64,000 nt of DNA, from the NCBI RefSeq assembly GCF_009914755.1, contig NC_060925.1. One strand, written 5' to 3'. This DNA is from the human T2T-CHM13v2.0 reference genome, Homo sapiens. Below the pieces are notes generated by a model. The model was not told the origin of the DNA, did no database searches, and worked only from the letters and a program-made list of their open reading frames with translations. The translations under genes were made by a program, and so were the position numbers. Below, piece after piece: positions 28,301 to 43,400 of the stretch (position 1 is its first letter; each line of letters begins with the position of its first letter).

Positions 28301-31300
28301 TGAATGGAATCGTCATCGAATGAATTGAATGCAATCATCGAATGGTCTCGAATGGAATCGTCTTCTAATGGAAAGGAATGGAATCATCGCATAGAATCGA
28401 ATGGAATTATCATCGAATGGAATCGAATGGTATCAACATCAAACGGAAAAAAACGGAATTATCGAATGGAATCGAAGAGAATCTTCGAACGGACCCGAAT
28501 GGAATCATCTAATGGAATGGAATGGAATAACCATGGACTGGAAGGCAATCATCATCGAATGGAATCGAATGGAATCATCGAATGGACTCGAATGGAATAA
28601 TCATTGAACGGAATCGAATGGAATCATCATCGGATGGAAACGAATGGAATCATCATCGAATGGAAATGAAAGGAGTCATCATCTAATGGAATTGAATGGA
28701 ATCATCATAAAATGGAATCGAATGGATTCAACATCAAATGGAATCAAATGGAATCATTGAACGGAATTGAATGCAATCGTCATCGAATGAATTGAATGCA
28801 ATCATCAAATGGTCTCGAATGGAATCATCTTCAAATGGAATGGAATGGAATCATCGCATAGAATCGAATGGAATTATCATCGAATGGAATCGAATGGAAT
28901 CAACATCAAACGGAAAAAAACGGAATTATGGAATGGAATAAAAGAGAATCATCGAACGGACACGAATGGAATCATCTAATGGAATGGAATGGAATAATCC
29001 ATGGACTCGAATGCAATCATCATCGAATGGAATCGAATGGAATCATCGAATGGACTCGAATGGAATAATCATTGAACGGAATCGAATGGAATCATCATCG
29101 GATGGAAATGAATGGAATCATCATCGAATGGAATCGAATAGAATTATGGAATGAAATCCAGTGTGATCATCATCGAATGGACCCGAATGGAATCATCATC
29201 CAACGGAAGCTAATGGAATCAACATCGAATGAATCGAATGGAAACACCATCGAATTGAAACGAATGGAATTATCATGAAATTGAAATGGATGGACTCATC
29301 ATCGAATGGATTCGAATGGAATCATCGAATAAAATTGATTGAAATCATCATCAAATGGAATCGAATGGTATCATTGAATGGAATCGAATGGAATCATCTT
29401 CAGATGGAAATGAATGGAATCGTCATAGAATGGAATCGAATGGATTCATTGAATGGAATCAGATGGAATCATCGAATGGACTGGAATGGAATCATTGAAT
29501 GGACTCGAAAGGGATCATGATTGAATGGAATTGAATGGAATCATCGAATGGTCTCGATTGGAATCATTATCAAATGGAAACGAATGGAATCACCGAATAG
29601 AATCGAATGGAACAATCATCGAATGGACTCAAATGGAATTATCCTCAAATGGAATGGAATGGAATTATCGAATGCAATCGAATGGAATTATCGAATGCAA
29701 TCGAATAGAATCATCGAATGGACTCGAATGGAATCATCGAATGGAATGGAATGGAACAGTCAATGAACTCGAATGGAATCATCATTGAATGGAATCGAAT
29801 GGAATCATCGAGTGGAATCGAATGGAATTATGATCAAATGGAATCGAATGTAATCATCATCAAATGGAATCAAAAATAACCATCATCAATTGGTATTCAA
29901 TGGAATTGTCATCAAATGGAATTCAAAGGAATCATCATCAAATGGAACCGAATGGAATCCTCATTGAATGGAAATGAAAGGGGTCATCATCTAATGGAAT
30001 CGCATGGAATCATCATCAAATGGAATCGAATGGAATCATCATCAAATGGAATCTGATGGAATCATTGAACAGAATTGAATGGAATCGTCATCGAATGAAT
30101 TGAATGCAATCATCGAATGGTCTCGAATGGAATCGTCTTCTAATGGAAAGGAATGGAATCATCGCATAGAATCGAATGGAATTATCATCGAATGGAATCG
30201 AATGGTATCAACATCAAACGGAAAAAAACGGAATTATCGAATGGAATCGAAGAGAATCTTCGAACGGACCCGAATGGAATCATCTAATGGAATGGAATGG
30301 AATAATCCATGGACTCGAATGCAATCATCATCGAATGGAATCGAATGGAATCATCGAATGGACTCGAATGGAATAATCATTGAACGGAATCGAATGGAAT
30401 CATCATCGGATGGAAACGAATGGAATCATCATCGAATGGAAATGAAACGAGTCATCATCTAATGGAATTGCATGGAATCATCATAAAATGGAATCGAATG
30501 GAATCAACATCAAATGGAATCAAATGGAATCATTGAACGGAATTGAATGGAATCGTCATCGAATGAATTGAATGCAATCATCGAATGGTCTCGAATGGAA
30601 TCATCTTCAAATGGAATGGAATGGAATCATCGCATAGAATCGAATGGAATTATCATCGAATGGAATCGAATGGAATCAACATCAAACGGAAAAAAACGGA
30701 ATTATCGTATGGAATCGAAGAGAATCATCGAATGGACCCGAATGGAGTCATCTAATGGAATGGAATGGAATAATCCATGGACTCGAATGCAATCATCATC
30801 GAATGGAATCGAATGGAATCATCGAATGGACTCGAATGGAATAATCATTGAACGGAATCGAATGGAATCATCATCGGATGGAAACGAACGGAATCATCAT
30901 CGAATGGAATTGAATAGAATTATGGAATGAAATCCAGTGTGATCATCATCGAATGGACCCGAATGGAATCATCATCCAACGGAAGCTAATGGAATCAACA
31001 TCGAATGAATCGAATGGAAACACCATCGAATTGAAACGAATGGAATTATCATGAAATTGAAATGGATGGACTCATCATCGAATGGATTCGAATGGAATCA
31101 TCGAATAAAATTGATTGAAATCATCATCAAATGGAATCGAATGGTATCATTGAATGGAATCGAATGGAATCATCATCAGATGGAAATGAATGGAATCGTC
31201 ATAGAATGGAATCGAATGGATTCATTGAATGGAATCAGATGGAATCATCGAATGGACTGGAATGGAATCATTGAATGGACTCGAAAGGGATCATTATTGA

Positions 31301-34300
31301 ATGGAATTGAATGGAATCATCGAATGGTCTCGATTGGAATCATTATCAAATGGAATCGAATGGAATCACCGAATAGAATCGAATGGAACAATCATCGAAT
31401 GGACTCAAATGGAATTATCCTCAAATGGAATCGAATGGAATTATCGAATGCAATCGAATGGAATTATCGAATGCAATCGAATAGAATCATCGAATGGACT
31501 CGAATGGAATCATCGAATGGAATGGAATGGAACAGTCAATGAACTCGAATGGAATCATCATTGAATGGAATCGAATGGAATCATCGAGTGGAATCGAATG
31601 GAATTATGATCAAATGGAATCGAATGTAATCATCATCAAATGGAATCAAAAATAACCATCATCAATTGGTATTGAATGGAATTGTCATCAAATGGAATTC
31701 AAAGGAATCATCATCAAATGGAACCGAATGGAATCCTCATTGAATGGAAATGAAAGGGGTCATCATCTAATGGAATCACATGGAATCATCATCAAATGGA
31801 ATCGAATGGAATCATCATCAAATGGAATCTGATGGAATCATTGAACAGAATTGAATGGAATCGTCATCGAAAGAATTGAATGCAATCATCGAATGGTCTC
31901 GAAAGGAATCGTCTTCTAATGGAAAGGAATGGAATCATCGCATAGAATCGAATGGAATTATCATCGAATGGAATCGAATGGTATCAACATCAAACGGAAA
32001 AAAACGGAATTATCGAATGGAATCGAAGAGAATCTTCGAACGGACCCGAATGGAATCATCTAATGGAATGGAATGGAATAACCATGGACTGGAAGGCAAT
32101 CATCATCGAATGGAATCGAATGGAATCATCGAATGGACTCGAATGGAATAATCATTGAACGGAATCGAATGGAATCATCATCGGATGGAAACGAATGGAA
32201 TCATCATCGAATGGAAATGAAAGGAGTCATCATCTAATGGAAATGAATGGAATCATCATAAAATGGAATCGAATGGATTCAACATCAAATGGAATCAAAT
32301 GGAATCATTGAACGGAATTGAATGCAATCGTCATCGAATGAATTGAATGCAATCATCAAATGGTCTCGAATGGAATCATCTTCAAATGGAATGGAATGGA
32401 ATCATCGCATAGAATCGAATGGAATTATCATCGAATGGAATCGAATGGAATCAACATCAAACGGAAAAAAACGGAATTATCGTATGGAATCGAAGAGAAT
32501 CATCGAATGGACCCGAATGGAATCATCTAATGGAATGGAATGGAATAATCCATGGACTCGAATGCAATCATCATCGAATGGAATCGAATGGAATAATCGA
32601 ATGGACTCGAATGGAATAATCATTGAACGGAATCAAATGGAATCATCATCGGATGGAAATGAATGGAATCATCATCGAATGGAATCGGATAGAATTATGG
32701 AATGAAATCCAGTGTGATCATCATCGAATGGACCCGAATGGAATCATCATCCAACGGAAGCTAATGGAATCAACATCGAATGAATCGAATGGAAACACCA
32801 TCGAATTGAAACGAATGGAATTATCATGAAATTGAAATGGATGGACTCATCATCGAATGGATTCGAATGGAATCATCGAATAAAATTGATTGAAATCATC
32901 ATAGAATGTAATCGAATGGTATCATTGAATGGAATCGAATGGAATCATCATCAGATGGAAATTAATGGAATCGTCATAGAATGGAATCGAATGGATTCAT
33001 TGAATGGAATCAGATGGAATCATCGAATGGACTGGAATGGAATCATTGAATGGACTCGAAAGGGATCATGATTGAATGGAATTGAATGGAATCATCGAAT
33101 GGTCTCGATTGGAATCATTATCAAATGGAAACGAATGGAATCACCGAATAGAATCGAATGGAACAATCATCGAATGGACTCAAATGGAATTATCCTCAAA
33201 TGGAATGGAATGGAATTATCGAATGCAATCGAATGGAATTATCGAATGCAATCGAATATAATCATCGAATGGACTCGAAAGGAATCATTGAATGGAATGG
33301 AATGGAACAGTCAATGAACTCGAATGGAATCATCATTGAATGGAATCGAATGGAATCATCGAGTGGAATCGAATGGAATTATGATCAAATGGAATCGAAT
33401 GTAATCATCATCAAATGGAATCAAAAATAACCATCATCAATTGGTATTCAATGGAATTGTCATCAAATGGAATTCAAAGGAATCATCATCAAATGGAACC
33501 GAATGGAATCCTCATTGAATGGAAATGAAAGGGGTCATCATCTAATGGAATCGCATGGAATCATCATCAAATGGAATCGAATGGAATCATCATCAAATGG
33601 AATCTGATGGAATCATTGAACAGAATTGAATGGAATCGTCATCGAATGAATTGAATGCAATCATCGAATGGTCTCGAATGGAATCGTCTTCTAATGGAAA
33701 GGAATGGAATCATCGCATAGAATCGAATGGAATTATCATCGAATGGAATCGAATGGTATCAACATCAAACGGAAAAAAACGGAATTATCGAATGGAATCG
33801 AAGAGAATCTTCGAACGGACCCGAATGGAATCATCTAATGGAATGGAATGGAATAATCCATGGACTCGAATGCAATCATCATCGAATGGAATCGAATGGA
33901 ATCATCGAATGGACTCGAATGGAATAATCATTGAACGGAATCGAATGGAATCATCATCGGATGGAAACGAATGGAATCATCATCGAATGGAAATGAAAGG
34001 AGTCATCATCTAATGGAATTGCATGGAATCATCATAAAATGGATTCGAATGGAATCAACATCAAATGGAATCAAATGGAATCATTGAACGGAATTGAATG
34101 GAATCGTCATCGAATGAATTGAATGCAATCATCGAATGGTCTCGAATGGAATCATCTTCAAATGGAATGGAATGGAATCATCGCATAGAATCGAATGGAA
34201 TTATCATCGAATGGAATCGAATGGAATCAACATCAAACGGAAAAAAACGGAATTATCGTATGGAATCGAAGAGAATCATCGAATGGACCCGAATGGAATC

Positions 34301-37300
34301 ATCTAATGGAATGGAATGGAATAATCCATGGACTCGAATGCAATCATCATGGAATGGAATCGAATGGAATCATCGAATGGACTCGAATGGAATAATCATT
34401 GAACGGAATCGAATGGAATCATCATCGGATGGAAACGAACGGAATCATCATCGAATGGAATCGAATAGAATTATGGAATGAAATCCAGTGTGATCATCAT
34501 CGAATGGACCCGGATGGAATCATCATCCAACGGAAGCTAATGGAATCAACATCGAATGAATCGAATGGAAACACCATCGAATTGAAACGAATGGAATTAT
34601 CATGAAATTGAAATGGATGGACTCATCATCGAATGGATTCGAATGGAATCATCGAATAAAATTGATTGAAATCATCATCAAATGGAATCGAATGGTATCA
34701 TTGAATGGAATCGAATGGAATCATCATCAGATGGAAATGAATGGAATCGTCATAGAATGGAATCGAATGGATTCATTGAATGGAATCAGATGGAATCATC
34801 GAATGGACTGGAATGGAATCATTGAATGGACTCGAAAGGGATCATTATTGAATGGAATTGAATGGAATCATCGAATGGTCTCGATTGGAATCATTATCAA
34901 ATGGAATCGAATGGAATCACCGAATAGAATCGAATGGAAGAATCATCGAATGGACTCAAATGGAATTATCCTCAAATGGAATCGAATGGAATTATCGAAT
35001 GCAATCGAATGGAATTATCGAATGCAATCGAATAGAATCATCGAATGGACTCGAATGGAATCATCGAATGGAATGGAATGGAACAGTCAATGAACTCGAA
35101 TGGAATCATCATTGAATGGAATCGAATGGAATCATCGAGTGGAATCGAATGGAAATATGATCAAATGGAATCGAATGTAATCATCATCAAATGGAATCAA
35201 AAATAACCATCATCAATTGGTATTGAATGGAATTGTCATCAAATGGAATTCAAAGGAATCATCATCAAATGGAACCGAATGGAATCCTCATTGAATGGAA
35301 ATGAAAGGGGTCATCATCTAATGGAATCACATGGAATCATCATCAAATGGAATCGAATGGAATCATCATCAAATGGAATCTGATGGAATCATTGAACAGA
35401 ATTGAATGGAATCGTCATCGAATGAATTGAATGCAATCATCGAATGGTCTCGAATGGAATCGTCTTCTAATGGAAAGGAATGGAATCATCGCATAGAATC
35501 GAATGGAATTATCATCGAATGGAATCGAATGGTATCAACATCAAACGGAAAAAAACGGAATTATCGAATGGAATCGAAGAGAATCTTCGAACGGACCCGA
35601 ATGGAATCATCTAATGGAATGGAATGGAATAACCATGGACTGGAAGGCAATCATCATCGAATGGAATCGAATGGAATCATCGAATGGACTCGAATGGAAT
35701 AATCATTGAACGGAATCGAATGGAATCATCATCGGATGGAAACGAATGGAATCATCATCGAATGGAAATGAAAGGAGTCATCATCTAATGGAATTGAATG
35801 GAATCATCATAAAATGGAATCGAATGGATTCAACATCAAATGGAATCAAATGGAATCATTGAACGGAATTGAATGCAATCGTCATCGAATGAATTGAATG
35901 CAATCATCAAATGGTCTCGAATGGAATCATCTTCAAATGGAATGGAATGGAATCATCGCATAGAATCGAATGGAATTATCATCGAATGGAATCGAATGGA
36001 ATCAACATCAAACGGAAAAAAACGGAATTATGGAATGGAATAAAAGAGAATCATCGAACGGACACGAATGGAATCATCTAATGGAATGGAATGGAATAAT
36101 CCATGGACTCGAATGCAATCATCATCGAATGGAATCGAATGGAATCATCGAATGGACTCGAATGGAATAATCATTGAACGGAATCGAATGGAATCATCAT
36201 CGGATGGAAATGAATGGAATCATCATCGAATGGAATCGAATAGAATTATGGAATGAAATCCAGTGTGATCATCATCGAATGGACCCGAATGGAATCATCA
36301 TCCAACGGAAGCTAATGGAATCAACATCGAATGAATCGAATGGAAACACCATCGAATTGAAACGAATGGAATTATCATGAAATTGAAATGGATGGACTCA
36401 TCATCGAATGGATTCGAATGGAATCATCGAATAAAATTGATTGAAATCATCATCAAATGGAATCGAATGGTATCATTGAATGGAATCGAATGGAATCATC
36501 TTCAGATGGAAATGAATGGAATCGTCATAGAATGGAATCGAATGGATTCATTGAATGGAATCAGATGGAATCATCGAATGGACTGGAATGGAATCATTGA
36601 ATGGACTCGAAAGGGATCATGATTGAATGGAATTGAATGGAATCATCGAATGGTCTCGATTGGAATCATTATCAAATGGAAACGAATGGAATCACCGAAT
36701 AGAATCGAATGGAACAATCATCGAATGGACTCAAATGGAATTATCCTCAAATGGAATGGAATGGAATTATCGAATGCAATCGAATGGAATTATCGAATGC
36801 AATCGAATAGAATCATCGAATGGACTCGAATGGAATCATCGAATGGAATGGAATGGAACAGTCAATGAACTCGAATGGAATCATCATTGAATGGAATCGA
36901 ATGGAATCATCGAGTGGAATCGAATGGAATTATGATCAAATGGAATCGAATGTAATCATCATCAAATGGAATCAAAAATAACCATCATCAATTGGTATTC
37001 AATGGAATTGTCATCAAATGGAATTCAAAGGAATCATCATCAAATGGAACCGAATGGAATCCTCATTGAATGGAAATGAAAGGGGTCATCATCTAATGGA
37101 ATCGCATGGAATCATCATCAAATGGAATCGAATGGAATCATCATCAAATGGAATCTGATGGAATCATTGAACAGAATTGAATGGAATCGTCATCGAATGA
37201 ATTGAATGCAATCATCGAATGGTCTCGAATGGAATCGTCTTCTAATGGAAAGGAATGGAATCATCGCATAGAATCGAATGGAATTATCATCGAATGGAAT

Positions 37301-37400
37301 CGAATGGTATCAACATCAAACGGAAAAAAACGGAATTATCGAATGGAATCGAAGAGAATCTTCGAACGGACCCGAATGGAATCATCTAATGGAATGGAAT
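23395..37400 (+). repeat. 7,102-bp four-monomer tandem duplication (~2 copies)
   Basis: Offsets 23949/31051, 24753/31855, 25220/32322, 25724/32826, 27500/34602 and 29275/36377, with matching variants (GAATTGAATAG, GGAATAATCGAATGG, TAGAATGTAATCG, GACCCGGATGG, CATCTTCAGATG). Confidence 0.85.
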
Positions 37401-40400
37401 GGAATAACCATGGACTGGAAGGCAATCATCATCGAATGGAATCGAATGGAATCATCGAATGGACTCGAATGGAATAATCATTGAACGGAATCGAATGGAA
37501 TCATCATCGGATGGAAACGAATGGAATCATCATCGAATGGAAATGAAAGGAGTCATCATCTAATGGAATTGAATGGAATCATCATAAAATGGAATCGAAT
37601 GGATTCAACATCAAATGGAATCAAATGGAATCATTGAACGGAATTGAATGCAATCGTCATCGAATGAATTGAATGCAATCATCAAATGGTCTCGAATGGA
37701 ATCATCTTCAAATGGAATGGAATGGAATCATCGCATAGAATCGAATGGAATTATCATCGAATGGAATCGAATGGAATCAACATCAAACGGAAAAAAACGG
37801 AATTATGGAATGGAATAAAAGAGAATCATCGAACGGACACGAATGGAATCATCTAATGGAATGGAATGGAATAATCCATGGACTCGAATGCAATCATCAT
37901 CGAATGGAATCGAATGGAATCATCGAATGGACTCGAATGGAATAATCATTGAACGGAATCGAATGGAATCATCATCGGATGGAAATGAATGGAATCATCA
38001 TCGAATGGAATCGAATAGAATTATGGAATGAAATCCAGTGTGATCATCATCGAATGGACCCGAATGGAATCATCATCCAACGGAAGCTAATGGAATCAAC
38101 ATCGAATGAATCGAATGGAAACACCATCGAATTGAAACGAATGGAATTATCATGAAATTGAAATGGATGGACTCATCATCGAATGGATTCGAATGGAATC
38201 ATCGAATAAAATTGATTGAAATCATCATCAAATGGAATCGAATGGTATCATTGAATGGAATCGAATGGAATCATCTTCAGATGGAAATGAATGGAATCGT
38301 CATAGAATGGAATCGAATGGATTCATTGAATGGAATCAGATGGAATCATCGAATGGACTGGAATGGAATCATTGAATGGACTCGAAAGGGATCATGATTG
38401 AATGGAATTGAATGGAATCATCGAATGGTCTCGATTGGAATCATTATCAAATGGAAACGAATGGAATCACCGAATAGAATCGAATGGAACAATCATCGAA
38501 TGGACTCAAATGGAATTATCCTCAAATGGAATGGAATGGAATTATCGAATGCAATCGAATGGAATTATCGAATGCAATCGAATAGAATCATCGAATGGAC
38601 TCGAATGGAATCATCGAATGGAATGGAATGGAACAGTCAATGAACTCGAATGGAATCATCATTGAATGGAATCGAATGGAATCATCGAGTGGAATCGAAT
38701 GGAATTATGATCAAATGGAATCGAATGTAATCATCATCAAATGGAATCAAAAATAACCATCATCAATTGGTATTCAATGGAATTGTCATCAAATGGAATT
38801 CAAAGGAATCATCATCAAATGGAACCGAATGGAATCCTCATTGAATGGAAATGAAAGGGGTCATCATCTAATGGAATCGCATGGAATCATCATCAAATGG
38901 AATCGAATGGAATCATCATCAAATGGAATCTGATGGAATCATTGAACAGAATTGAATGGAATCGTCATCGAATGAATTGAATGCAATCATCGAATGGTCT
39001 CGAATGGAATCGTCTTCTAATGGAAAGGAATGGAATCATCGCATAGAATCGAATGGAATTATCATCGAATGGAATCGAATGGTATCAACATCAAACGGAA
39101 AAAAACGGAATTATCGAATGGAATCGAAGAGAATCTTCGAACGGACCCGAATGGAATCATCTAATGGAATGGAATGGAATAATCCATGGACTCGAATGCA
39201 ATCATCATCGAATGGAATCGAATGGAATCATCGAATGGACTCGAATGGAATAATCATTGAACGGAATCGAATGGAATCATCATCGGATGGAAACGAATGG
39301 AATCATCATCGAATGGAAATGAAAGGAGTCATCATCTAATGGAATTGCATGGAATCATCATAAAATGGATTCGAATGGAATCAACATCAAATGGAATCAA
39401 ATGGAATCATTGAACGGAATTGAATGGAATCGTCATCGAATGAATTGAATGCAATCATCGAATGGTCTCGAATGGAATCATCTTCAAATGGAATGGAATG
39501 GAATCATCGCATAGAATCGAATGGAATTATCATCGAATGGAATCGAATGGAATCAACATCAAACGGAAAAAAACGGAATTATCGTATGGAATCGAAGAGA
39601 ATCATCGAATGGACCCGAATGGAATCATCTAATGGAATGGAATGGAATAATCCATGGACTCGAATGCAATCATCATGGAATGGAATCGAATGGAATCATC
39701 GAATGGACTCGAATGGAATAATCATTGAACGGAATCGAATGGAATCATCATCGGATGGAAACGAACGGAATCATCATCGAATGGAATCGAATAGAATTAT
39801 GGAATGAAATCCAGTGTGATCATCATCGAATGGACCCGGATGGAATCATCATCCAACGGAAGCTAATGGAATCAACATCGAATGAATCGAATGGAAACAC
39901 CATCGAATTGAAACGAATGGAATTATCATGAAATTGAAATGGATGGACTCATCATCGAATGGATTCGAATGGAATCATCGAATAAAATTGATTGAAATCA
40001 TCATCAAATGGAATCGAATGGTATCATTGAATGGAATCGAATGGAATCATCATCAGATGGAAATGAATGGAATCGTCATAGAATGGAATCGAATGGATTC
40101 ATTGAATGGAATCAGATGGAATCATCGAATGGACTGGAATGGAATCATTGAATGGACTCGAAAGGGATCATTATTGAATGGAATTGAATGGAATCATCGA
40201 ATGGTCTCGATTGGAATCATTATCAAATGGAATCGAATGGAATCACCGAATAGAATCGAATGGAACAATCATCGAATGGACTCAAATGGAATTATCCTCA
40301 AATGGAATGGAATGGAATTATCGAATGCAATCGAATGGAATTATCGAATGCAATCGAATATAATCATCGAATGGACTCGAAAGGAATCATTGAATGGAAT

Positions 40401-43400
40401 GGAATGGAACAGTCAATGAACTCGAATGGAATCATCATTGAATGGAATCGAATGGAATCATCGAGTGGAATCGAATGGAATTATGATCAAATGGAATCGA
40501 ATGTAATCATCATCAAATGGAATCAAAAATAACCATCATCAATTGGTATTCAATGGAATTGTCATCAAATGGAATTCAAAGGAATCATCATCAAATGGAA
40601 CCGAATGGAATCCTCATTGAATGGAAATGAAAGGGGTCATCATCTAATGGAATCGCATGGAATCATCATCAAATGGAATCGAATGGAATCATCATCAAAT
40701 GGAATCTGATGGAATCATTGAACAGAATTGAATGGAATCGTCATCGAATGAATTGAATGCAATCATCGAATGGTCTCGAATGGAATCGTCTTCTAATGGA
40801 AAGGAATGGAATCATCGCATAGAATCGAATGGAATTATCATCGAATGGAATCGAATGGTATCAACATCAAACGGAAAAAAACGGAATTATCGAATGGAAT
40901 CGAAGAGAATCTTCGAACGGACCCGAATGGAATCATCTAATGGAATGGAATGGAATAATCCATGGACTGGAAGGCAATCATCATCGAATGGAATCGAATG
41001 GAATCATCGAATGGACTCGAATGGAATAATCATTGAACGGAATCGAATGGAATCATCATCGGATGGAAACGAATGGAATCATCATCGAATGGAAATGAAA
41101 GGAGTCATCATCTAATGGAATTGAATGGAATCATCATAAAATGGAATCGAATGGATTCAACATCAAATGGAATCAAATGGAATCATTGAACGGAATTGAA
41201 TGCAATCGTCATCGAATGAATTGAATGCAATCATCAAATGGTCTCGAATGGAATCATCTTCAAATGGAATGGAATGGAATCATCGCATAGAATCGAATGG
41301 AATTATCATCGAATGGAATCGAATGGAATCAACATCAAACGGAAAAAAACGGAATTATGGAATGGAATAAAAGAGAATCATCGAACGGACACGAATGGAA
41401 TCTTCTAATGGAATGGAATGGAATAATCCATGGACTCGAATGCAATCATCATCGAATGGAATCGAATGGAATCATCGAATGGACTCGAATGGAATAATCA
41501 TTGAACGGAATCGAATGGAATCATCATCGGATGGAAATGAATGGAATCATCATCGAATGGAATCGAATAGAATTATGGAATGAAATCCAGTGTGATCATC
41601 ATCGAATGGACCCGAATGGAATCATCATCCAACGGAAGCTAATGGAATCAACATCGAATGAATCGAATGGAAACACCATCGAATTGAAACGAATGGAATT
41701 ATCATGAAATTGAAATGGATGGACTCATCATCGAATGGATTCGAATGGAATCATCGAATAAAATTGATTGAAATCATCATCAAATGGAATCGAATGGTAT
41801 CATTGAATGGAATCGAATGGAATCATCTTCAGATGGAAATGAATGGAATCGTCATAGAATGGAATCGAATGGATTCATTGAATGGAATCAGATGGAATCA
41901 TCGAATGGACTGGAATGGAATCATTGAATGGACTCGAAAGGGATCATGATTGAATGGAATTGAATGGAATCATCGAATGGTCTCGATTGGAATCATTATC
42001 AAATGGAAACGAATGGAATCACCGAATAGAATCGAATGGAACAATCATCGAATGGACTCAAATGGAATTATCCTCAAATGGAATGGAATGGAATTATCGA
42101 ATGCAATCGAATGGAATTATCGAATGCAATCGAATAGAATCATCGAATGGACTCGAATGGAATCATCGAATGGAATGGAATGGAACAGTCAATGAACTCG
42201 AATGGAATCATCATTGAATGGAATCGAATGGAATCATCGAGTGGAATCGAATGGAATTATGATCAAATGGAATCGAATGTAATCATCATCAAATGGAATC
42301 AAAAATAACCATCATCAATTGGTATTCAATGGAATTGTCATCAAATGGAATTCAAAGGAATCATCATCAAATGGAACCGAATGGAATCCTCATTGAATGG
42401 AAATGAAAGGGGTCATCATCTAATGGAATCGCATGGAATCATCATCAAATGGAATCGAATGGAATCATCATCAAATGGAATCTGATGGAATCATTGAACA
42501 GAATTGAATGGAATCGTCATCGAATGAATTGAATGCAATCATCGAATGGTCTCGAATGGAATCGTCTTCTAATGGAAAGGAATGGAATCATCGCATAGAA
42601 TCGAATGGAATTATCATCGAATGGAATCGAATGGTATCAACATCAAACGGAAAAAAACGGAATTATCGAATGGAATCGAAGAGAATCTTCGAACGGACCC
42701 GAATGGAATCATCTAATGGAATGGAATGGAATAACCATGGACTGGAAGGCAATCATCATCGAATGGAATCGAATGGAATCATCGAATGGACTCGAATGGA
42801 ATAATCATTGAACGGAATCGAATGGAATCATCATCGGATGGAAACGAATGGAATCATCATCGAATGGAAATGAAAGGAGTCATCATCTAATGGAATTGAA
42901 TGGAATCATCATAAAATGGAATCGAATGGATTCAACATCAAATGGAATCAAATGGAATCATTGAACGGAATTGAATGCAATCGTCATCGAATGAATTGAA
43001 TGCAATCATCAAATGGTCTCGAATGGAATCATCTTCAAATGGAATGGAATGGAATCATCGCATAGAATCGAATGGAATTATCATCGAATGGAATCGAATG
43101 GAATCAACATCAAACGGAAAAAAACGGAATTATGGAATGGAATAAAAGAGAATCATCGAACGGACACGAATGGAATCATCTAATGGAATGGAATGGAATA
43201 ATCCATGGACTCGAATGCAATCATCATCGAATGGAATCGAATGGAATCATCGAATGGACTCGAATGGAATAATCATTGAACGGAATCGAATGGAATCATC
43301 ATCGGATGGAAATGAATGGAATCATCATCGAATGGAATCGAATAGAATTATGGAATGAAATCCAGTGTGATCATCATCGAATGGACCCGAATGGAATCAT

